A stretch of 64,000 nt of DNA, from the NCBI GenBank assembly GCA_016787725.1, contig JAEUTZ010000005.1, positions 72,317-136,316 on the forward strand, given 5' to 3'. This DNA is from Cyclobacteriaceae bacterium. Lineage in GTDB: Bacteria; Bacteroidota; Bacteroidia; Cytophagales; Cyclobacteriaceae. Made by a program: the position numbers and the translations under genes. Shown here in pieces: positions 57,933 to 64,000 of this stretch; positions within the stretch are counted from its first letter, which is position 1, and every line of letters starts with the position of its first letter. The notes under the pieces were generated by a model. It did not search any database and was not told the origin of the DNA. It was given only the letters and a program-made list of their open reading frames with translations.

Positions 57933-60900
57933 TCAATTTGCAATCGGAGCTTTCTTCACCATCACTACCTCTACTCCTTTTTCTTTGGCCAGTGTATTGA
58001 TCCGATCAACATTTTTATCAATGGTGATTCGCAGGCGTGTCAACTCCTCATCAATCTGCTTACTGAGCAGCTGGCGTACTTCTTCTCCTTGTACAGTTGG
58101 CCTGAAATCCCCTTGCGCCTGTTCCACCATCAAATGAGCCAGTCGGTTGTTCACTTTGATTCCATAGTTCAGGGGATCCTGCACACTGCGGTTGCGGGTC
58201 TCGTGAATGTTATTTTCATGCGTGGTCAATGCTTGTTCAAATTGCTGAATTAACTCAGTCAATTCTTTGTATTGGGGGTCGCTTCCCACTTTGCTCTTTA
58301 AGAAAGCAAGGTCCTCCTTTATTTTCCGAATGTCTATGACGCCTTGATTTGCTTCACTCACCTTGTTGCGCACCTTCATCAAAAAGTCGAACTGGGCCTG
58401 AAAATCTTCTTGTGTGGTTTCAATTCTCGGATCTTTCAGAATTTCAAATTCCTGCTCACTGGCATTCCCATTAACCGTTAACCGAACCTTGTACAATCCG
58501 GGTATGGCCTTGGGACCCAGGTTCGGTGAACCATAATAGACCATTCCCGGAAACGTGGTGTAACCCGCATACCGCATATCCCACACAAAACGATTTCCGC
58601 CAGGGGTGACCATCAGTTTTGTAGGTTCACTGGCTTTGTTGCTGAATGCTCTAATAGTCGTACCGCCTTTCTCCAGTATTTCCAATTTAATATCCGATTG
58701 ATCATTTACACTTTTTACGAAGTAGTGAATCATGATTCCGCCAGGATGATTTTCACCCTCCAGTTTTCGATTCACATTCCGACCGGCACTGCCCGGCATG
58801 CGATAACCCGGCATGGGCTTGAACAGAATGAAGTCCCTGGATGCCATTTCTGCGTTCACCTGATGCAAGGGTGTCAAATCATCGATGATCCAAAAACTAC
58901 GACCATGCGTAGCGGCAATCAGGTTATCATTTTTCACGGCCAGGTCAGCAATGGGTACGGGTGGAAGATTTAATTGAAACCGGGACCAACGGATTCCATC
59001 ATCAAAAGAAACCCACATGCCCTTTTCGGTTCCGGCATAAAGTAACCCCATGCGTTTCGGGTCCGCTCGTACCACGCGTACAAATTCCTCTTTCGGAATG
59101 CCGTCCGTAACCAACGTCCAGGTTTTACCATAATCAGAAGTCTTGTAAATGTAAGGTGTATAATCGCCAAACTTATAAGAAGTCGCAACCGCATAAGCCC
59201 CTCCTTTCACAAACGGATTTACATCGATGCTATTCCACATGTTCAACCTGGGTGACATAGGAGGCGTAACATTTTTCCAGTTTTTGCCACCGTCAACCGT
59301 AACATGAAGCAATCCGTCATCAGACCCGGTCCAAATTTCATCGGCCGTATAGGGCGACTCAGCGATTACAAACAGGTTTGCATAGTACTCCGCTCCGGTA
59401 TTGTCTTGCGTAATGGGGCCACCTGAAGATTTTAATGTAGCGGGTTCTCCACGCGTCAAATCCGGGCTGATGGCTTCCCAACTCTGACCACCGTTGTAAG
59501 TAACGTGCAGATAGTTTGAGCCTGCATATAATTTTTTAGGATTGTGATGGGAGAAAACGAGCGGATAATTCCAATTGAACCGATACTTCATTACCTCCAC
59601 GCCAGAACCTGCCGGAAGATAGGGCCACACGTTGGTGCTTCGCTCCTGACCATTTTCCAGATTTTGCATGCTCATGTACCCTTTGTAATCACTTCCATAG
59701 ATGATGTTTGGATTGGTAGGGTCCGGAGCAAGGTGTGCACTCTCGCCAATTGAAAGAGCCGTCCAATCGTTCTCGGTAATGCTGTTTCCGGAAGTCCGGT
59801 GAGGAATCCGCACGCTCGTATTATCCTGCTGGGCACCCAGGATGTTATACGGAAAGGAGTTGTCGGTAGTAACGCGATAAAACTGGGCCGTGGGTTGATT
59901 ATGATAGGTGGTCCAATTTTCACCGCCATCATTGGAAATCTGGGCTCCACCATCATCGGCCATGGCCAACCGTTGGTTATTGGCTGGGTCTATCCAAAGA
60001 TCGTGGTGGTCACCATGAGGTGCATTCTTCAACTCGAATGTTTTTCCACCATCTTTTGAAACTCCATAACTTACATTGAGCACATAAACTTTGTCTTCGT
60101 TCTGTGTATCCGCATAGATGCGACAATAATACCAGGCCCGTTGCAACAAAGCCCGATCCTGGTTAAGGCGATTCCAACTCTTCCCGCCATCATCTGAACG
60201 GTAAACGCCAGGAGCTAGTGTATTTTCAATAATGGCCCAAATGCGATTGGTATTTACCGGGGAAACCGCCACTCCAATTATTCCGTTGGTTCCTTTGGGC
60301 ATCCCCGGTTTGTCCGAAAGATTTTCCCAGGTATCGCCCCCATCAGTGCTCTTCCAGAGTTTTGAATCGGGGCCGCCACTGTCCATACGATATCCATTGC
60401 GCTTCATGTTCCAGGTGGCTGCATACACGATGCGCGGGTTTCCCGGATCTAAAATCAAATCTCCCGCACCGGCTGTATCGTTGATAAACAGTATACGCTT
60501 CCAGGTTTGGCCCCCATCGGTGCTGCGATACACGCCCCGCATGTCGTTCGGCTTCCAAAGATTACCCATCGCGGCTACATATACGATTTCAGGATTTTTT
60601 GGATGAACGCGGATGCGTGAGATGTGTCTTGAATCGGAGAGACCAATATGTTTCCAGGTGGTTCCGGCATCAGTCGATTTCCAGACACCCCATCCACTGG
60701 ACACATTGTTGCGCAAGGTCTGTTCTCCTTCACCTACGTAAATAACATTAGGGTCGCTCTCCGCAACGGCTACCGCACCAATGGAGCCGCCAAAATAACT
60801 GTCGCTGATATTTTCATAAGTTTGACCCGCATCGGTCGTACGCCACACGCCCCCACCCACGGTACCGAAATAATACAAATTCGGATTGTGATGAACTCCT

Positions 60901-61061
60901 GTTATCGTACTCGAACGGCCACCCCGAAATGGCCCCAGCTCACGCCAGCGAATGCCAGAATACAAAGATTGATCAAAAGTCGTAGTAGCGGGTGTTGCTG
61001 CTTTTTTTTGAGCTGTCAACGGAGTGACCACCAGCAACAGAATAAACAGAAGAAATCGCAT
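57933..61061 (-). CDS. VPS10/BNR (Asp-box) repeat glycosyl-hydrolase-like protein
   Basis: WRELGPFRGGR; many Asp boxes (STDAGTTW, STDGGQTW, SDDGGKSW, SFDDGIRW); helical C-terminus. Confidence 0.88.
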   Translation of the reverse strand: MRFLLFILLLVVTPLTAQKKAATPATTTFDQSLYSGIRWRELGPFRGGRSSTITGVHHNPNLYYFGTVGGGVWRTTDAGQTYENISDSYFGGSIGAVAVAESDPNVIYVGEGEQTLRNNVSSGWGVWKSTDAGTTWKHIGLSDSRHISRIRVHPKNPEIVYVAAMGNLWKPNDMRGVYRSTDGGQTWKRILFINDTAGAGDLILDPGNPRIVYAATWNMKRNGYRMDSGGPDSKLWKSTDGGDTWENLSDKPGMPKGTNGIIGVAVSPVNTNRIWAIIENTLAPGVYRSDDGGKSWNRLNQDRALLQRAWYYCRIYADTQNEDKVYVLNVSYGVSKDGGKTFELKNAPHGDHHDLWIDPANNQRLAMADDGGAQISNDGGENWTTYHNQPTAQFYRVTTDNSFPYNILGAQQDNTSVRIPHRTSGNSITENDWTALSIGESAHLAPDPTNPNIIYGSDYKGYMSMQNLENGQERSTNVWPYLPAGSGVEVMKYRFNWNYPLVFSHHNPKKLYAGSNYLHVTYNGGQSWEAISPDLTRGEPATLKSSGGPITQDNTGAEYYANLFVIAESPYTADEIWTGSDDGLLHVTVDGGKNWKNVTPPMSPRLNMWNSIDVNPFVKGGAYAVATSYKFGDYTPYIYKTSDYGKTWTLVTDGIPKEEFVRVVRADPKRMGLLYAGTEKGMWVSFDDGIRWSRFQLNLPPVPIADLAVKNDNLIAATHGRSFWIIDDLTPLHQVNAEMASRDFILFKPMPGYRMPGSAGRNVNRKLEGENHPGGIMIHYFVKSVNDQSDIKLEILEKGGTTIRAFSNKASEPTKLMVTPGGNRFVWDMRYAGYTTFPGMVYYGSPNLGPKAIPGLYKVRLTVNGNASEQEFEILKDPRIETTQEDFQAQFDFLMKVRNKVSEANQGVIDIRKIKEDLAFLKSKVGSDPQYKELTELIQQFEQALTTHENNIHETRNRSVQDPLNYGIKVNNRLAHLMVEQAQGDFRPTVQGEEVRQLLSKQIDEELTRLRITIDKNVDRINTLAKEKGVEVVMVKKAPIAN

Positions 61062-61197
61062 AGATCGCAGAAATTTAGGTCCTCCGAATTACAAAATTTC
61101 CGGAAGATAGCCATAGAAATTACTCGGGCGGCAATCGCTTTTACTTCAGTAGTGCCTTTTAATTTTAAGTTGGTATATTCAACATAAAATTTAACCT

Positions 61198-61776
61198 ATG
61201 GAAGATCACACGCTGGTCTCCGAATTCTTTCTTATCCGTTTGCTGATCAATACTGCCTTTATGTTGGTAGTAATCCGGATCATTTATTTCAGAACCTACA
61301 ATAAAAGCGATTTATTCTTCACCTTCTTCCTGCTGAACTTCATCGTATTTCTTCTCTCCTACATGTTGGAGCAGGCCAATGCCTTCAATTCGTTGAGCAG
61401 CGCTTTTGGTTTGCTCGCTGCTTTTTCCCTGTTGCGATTTCGCACGGAAACCCTAACAACCAAGGATATGACCTATCTGTTTATAACCATGGCCGTAGGG
61501 CTTATCAACTCGGTGATGCAGGGCACCTTCCTAGAGATTGCCGGAATTAACCTGGCTATTGCCACCGTAGTTTTTCTGGCCGATGGGAATCTGTTGATGC
61601 GCAATCAAAAAATCAAGATGGTGGAGTATGACCGGATGGATAATATTAAACCTGCACAAAAAGAACAGCTGTTGGCAGACCTGCGCGACCGTACGGGTCT
61701 GGACATCCGTAAAACCACCATCGAACAAATTGACCTTGTTAAAAACAGGGTTGTTATTAAAATTTACTACTACTAA
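61198..61776 (+). CDS. DUF4956 membrane protein
   Basis: SAFGLLAAFSLLRFRTE..KDMTYLF..MAVGLI; C-terminal DLRDRTGLDI. Confidence 0.85.
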   Translation: MEDHTLVSEFFLIRLLINTAFMLVVIRIIYFRTYNKSDLFFTFFLLNFIVFLLSYMLEQANAFNSLSSAFGLLAAFSLLRFRTETLTTKDMTYLFITMAVGLINSVMQGTFLEIAGINLAIATVVFLADGNLLMRNQKIKMVEYDRMDNIKPAQKEQLLADLRDRTGLDIRKTTIEQIDLVKNRVVIKIYYY

Positions 61777-61777
61777 C

Positions 61778-62794
61778 ATGAAAAAAATTGTAGTTCTCTG
61801 CCTGGGGCTTTTGTTATCTCAGCACGGGTATTCACAAAAGCAGGACGTGCCACCCGTATTCGTGGACCAGCAACCGCTTAGCTTAAGCTTCAGCTTTTCG
61901 ATAAAAGAGGTAAAGAAAAGTAAGGTCGATTCGGTGTATTTTCCTACGCAGATTCTGGTCAAAAATGAAAAGGGATCTTCCGATTCAATCCCGATGGAAA
62001 TCCGGGCGCGCGGTAACTTTCGCAGAAACAATTGCTTCTTTCCACCGCTTCGGTTAAAATTCAAGAAGAAAAGTGTTGAGAATACGGCATTTGAGGGTAA
62101 TAAAAACTTCAAACTGGTATTGCCTTGTCAAACCGCTAAATCCGGTAACGACCTGATCATGAAAGAATACCTCGGTTATAAATTACTGGAGCCGCTCACG
62201 CCCTATTACTTTCATACCCGGCTGGCCGATGTAGCGCTAACCGATATCAGCGGAAAACCAAAAACCTATGAGGTGAAAGGTTTTCTGATCGAAGATGATG
62301 ACCTGATTGCGGATCGATTTCATGGAAAAGTGATTGAACAGCAGATTCATCCCCTGCACCTGAATGATACCGCGGCAGTCGTGAATGACCTTTTTCAATT
62401 CATGATAGCCAATACCGATTGGTCAGCGTCTGTGCAGCACAATACCAAGGTGATACAATTGGAGGGCAACAAGAAAATTCCGTTGGCGTACGATTTCGAT
62501 ATGGCAGGTCTCGTGAATGCTCCGTATGCAACCGTGAACGAAACCCTTTCCATTAGCAGTGTGCAGGAGCGATTATACCGGGGCTTTTGCCGGAATGAAT
62601 CCATAGTGCAATACGTACGGGCGGAATATCTTAAACAAGAACCTGCCTTGATGGAAATCATTAATCAGCATCAGGCGTACTTTACGGCCAGCGACTTTTC
62701 GGGGATAAAGAAATTTATTGGCGACTTCTTCGATATTCTTAAAAATGACAAACGGTTTAGCGAAGCCATTATTAAAGGATGCCGAACCAAATAA
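61778..62794 (+). CDS. Exported CotH-like atypical kinase
   Basis: Signal peptide; ARGNFR, KLVLPC, KEYLGYKL, ANTDWS, HNTK and YDFDMAG motifs; starts 1 nt after the DUF4956 stop. Confidence 0.65.
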   Translation: MKKIVVLCLGLLLSQHGYSQKQDVPPVFVDQQPLSLSFSFSIKEVKKSKVDSVYFPTQILVKNEKGSSDSIPMEIRARGNFRRNNCFFPPLRLKFKKKSVENTAFEGNKNFKLVLPCQTAKSGNDLIMKEYLGYKLLEPLTPYYFHTRLADVALTDISGKPKTYEVKGFLIEDDDLIADRFHGKVIEQQIHPLHLNDTAAVVNDLFQFMIANTDWSASVQHNTKVIQLEGNKKIPLAYDFDMAGLVNAPYATVNETLSISSVQERLYRGFCRNESIVQYVRAEYLKQEPALMEIINQHQAYFTASDFSGIKKFIGDFFDILKNDKRFSEAIIKGCRTK

Positions 62795-62820
62795 AAAAAC
62801 CTCCGCCTTGTAGCGGAGGT
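62792..62820 (-). terminator. Intrinsic terminator for the minus-strand gene 62875-63870
   Basis: ACCTCCGC-N6-GCGGAGGT stem (62799-62820) followed on the minus strand by a T run. Confidence 0.75.
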
Positions 62821-62874
62821 ACTGCCTTCGTTACCGGAACTGATAAACGAAAATCAGTTCCATGTTCGTGGCAT

Positions 62875-63870
62875 TTACTTAGCGTTGCTGTAAAAAATTC
62901 GCAACGCCTGATCGGTAAACTCTGATCCTAATCGCAGGGTTTCTTGCTTGTACAGTGCGTTGTCGCATTCTGCATAGTGCGAAACTTTAACCTGCTGCTC
63001 TTCTTTCCAGACTACTCCATAATAATCGGGCTTATAATTTACCATAGCCACATTGGCCTCTTTGAATTTCTTATCCGCAAAAACCGGAGCTTCTGAATCA
63101 AAGGAATCTCCTTTTATCTTTACAATCTGTATGGCATCTTTTCCCATACCCTCACTGCTGATAAACTTCAGTTGAGTAGGCGACATCAATGGGGTGGCCC
63201 CATCCATGCCGAAAGCTGTACCTATTTCGAAATCGATTTTAGCTTTTACCGATGAGAAGCCTGCCAAATTGGAAGAAGCAGTTTTCATGTCGATAAAGGG
63301 AAAGGCAAAGGCTACGTCAATAATAATAGCTCCATCCAGGTCGCGCGAAATTTTTGGACTGTTATCCAGAAAGGATCCCTTCTCACGACCATCTTTTTTC
63401 TCCTTCTTAACAAAGTAACTGTAGCCGCTGGGTGATGCGCTGACATACCCGGGAATTTGTGAGTAGCTGAGCTGGCCGCCATCTTTCTTAATCCAGTCAG
63501 CATATTGAGCCGACTTGGCCGCATCTTCGGCTGTCAAAATCTCAAAACCTTTTGCTTTTAAGTCTTCCGTAAATTTTTTGTACAAAGCGTCCGTTACCTC
63601 AATAAAGTCCGGTGTGTCCACTCCTTTGACCGCTACAACCATTGAGGTTTTGGTGTTGTTCTTATACGACCCACCAATAGAGGAAGCTTCAGCCGAAGCT
63701 AGCACGTGAAAAAAGGCACGAAAACTTGCGATATACACTTTGCGAGGTGCATTTTTGAGCTTACTTTCTCCATAACCGCCTTTATCGGTTACATGATCGG
63801 CAGTAAGGGTTTGGGTGTAGGCGATGGAGGCCACGAGCCACATCAAAGCCAGGAGAATTAGATTTTTCAT
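62875..63870 (-). CDS. Exported hypothetical protein
   Basis: 331 aa, signal peptide MKNLILLALMWLVASIAYT; no family recognised. Confidence 0.7.
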   Translation of the reverse strand: MKNLILLALMWLVASIAYTQTLTADHVTDKGGYGESKLKNAPRKVYIASFRAFFHVLASAEASSIGGSYKNNTKTSMVVAVKGVDTPDFIEVTDALYKKFTEDLKAKGFEILTAEDAAKSAQYADWIKKDGGQLSYSQIPGYVSASPSGYSYFVKKEKKDGREKGSFLDNSPKISRDLDGAIIIDVAFAFPFIDMKTASSNLAGFSSVKAKIDFEIGTAFGMDGATPLMSPTQLKFISSEGMGKDAIQIVKIKGDSFDSEAPVFADKKFKEANVAMVNYKPDYYGVVWKEEQQVKVSHYAECDNALYKQETLRLGSEFTDQALRIFYSNAK

Positions 63871-64000
63871 AAGTGTTCCGGTTGATTTGATTTATAACCA
63901 AATCTACCACGCTTACACACCCGTGCGCTCCCATTCTTCCCGGTAATTGGTTACCGTACTGGTACGGAGGTTAAGAAACCAGCTTGTTGGTATAAGCAAA

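Noticed and set aside
61157-61197. Pho box upstream of DUF4956
   Set aside because: TTCAACA and TTTAACC are 12 nt apart and poorly matched; no 11-bp-period repeat.
16846-61778. Upstream-extended starts in the ORF track (16948, 18867, 20092, 27737, 29546, 33758, 43133, 48763, 48806, 54464, 61628)
   Set aside because: Downstream ATGs give proper signal peptides or domain starts, or ATGA coupling, and avoid long overlaps.
337-63709. Numerous 60-210 aa ORFs antisense to or overlapping the long genes (e.g. 22250-22882, 15600-16055, 39463-39996, 40824-41363, 60648-61187)
   Set aside because: Shadows of well-supported genes; no motifs or signals; expected by chance from codon bias.
1-64000. Mobile elements, prophage, tRNA/rRNA, CRISPR arrays
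   Set aside because: No transposase, integrase or phage motifs, cloverleaf or repeat-spacer pattern recognised by eye. A tRNAscan/ISEScan/CRISPR search would be needed to be definitive.

Overview
Gene-dense chromosomal segment of a Bacteroidota bacterium, probably Cytophagales-like. This is inferred from TAnnTTTG-type promoter elements, AT-rich starts without Shine-Dalgarno sites, lipoprotein/TonB/PD40 gene content and a candidate Flavobacteria-type 6S RNA. About 50 genes are present. Housekeeping or common genes include an RsuA/RluB pseudouridine synthase end, polA, a MacB-type permease, an ECF sigma/anti-sigma pair, a TonB receptor with PepSY partner, a phosphate porin, phoD plus a sulfatase-fold enzyme, tricorn protease, acyl-CoA ligase, a patatin/barrel protein, an amidase, a diheme cytochrome c and a VPS10/BNR protein. 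I saw no CRISPR array, tRNA, rRNA, transposase or integrase. Most interesting: (1) two tandem Ddl-like ATP-grasp ligases lacking D-Ala-site motifs, the second fused to a complete SET/post-SET methyltransferase (48.9-51.5 kb); (2) a sugar-catabolic operon containing a single-barrel MetE-like Zn enzyme and a UPF0309/NagS-like SIS protein, bracketed by two gene stumps (51.5-57.4 kb); (3) a TPR sensor kinase/NarL regulator divergent from five uncharacterised exported proteins, with a repeated palindromic operator (16.2-25.4 kb). Several cis-elements are readable directly: twin ECF promoters, candidate Pho boxes, a (GGGTTT)n tract and a possible Pro-Pro leader ORF. All family calls are from motif recognition by eye, with no database searches. 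Several starts were moved downstream of the supplied ORF track.
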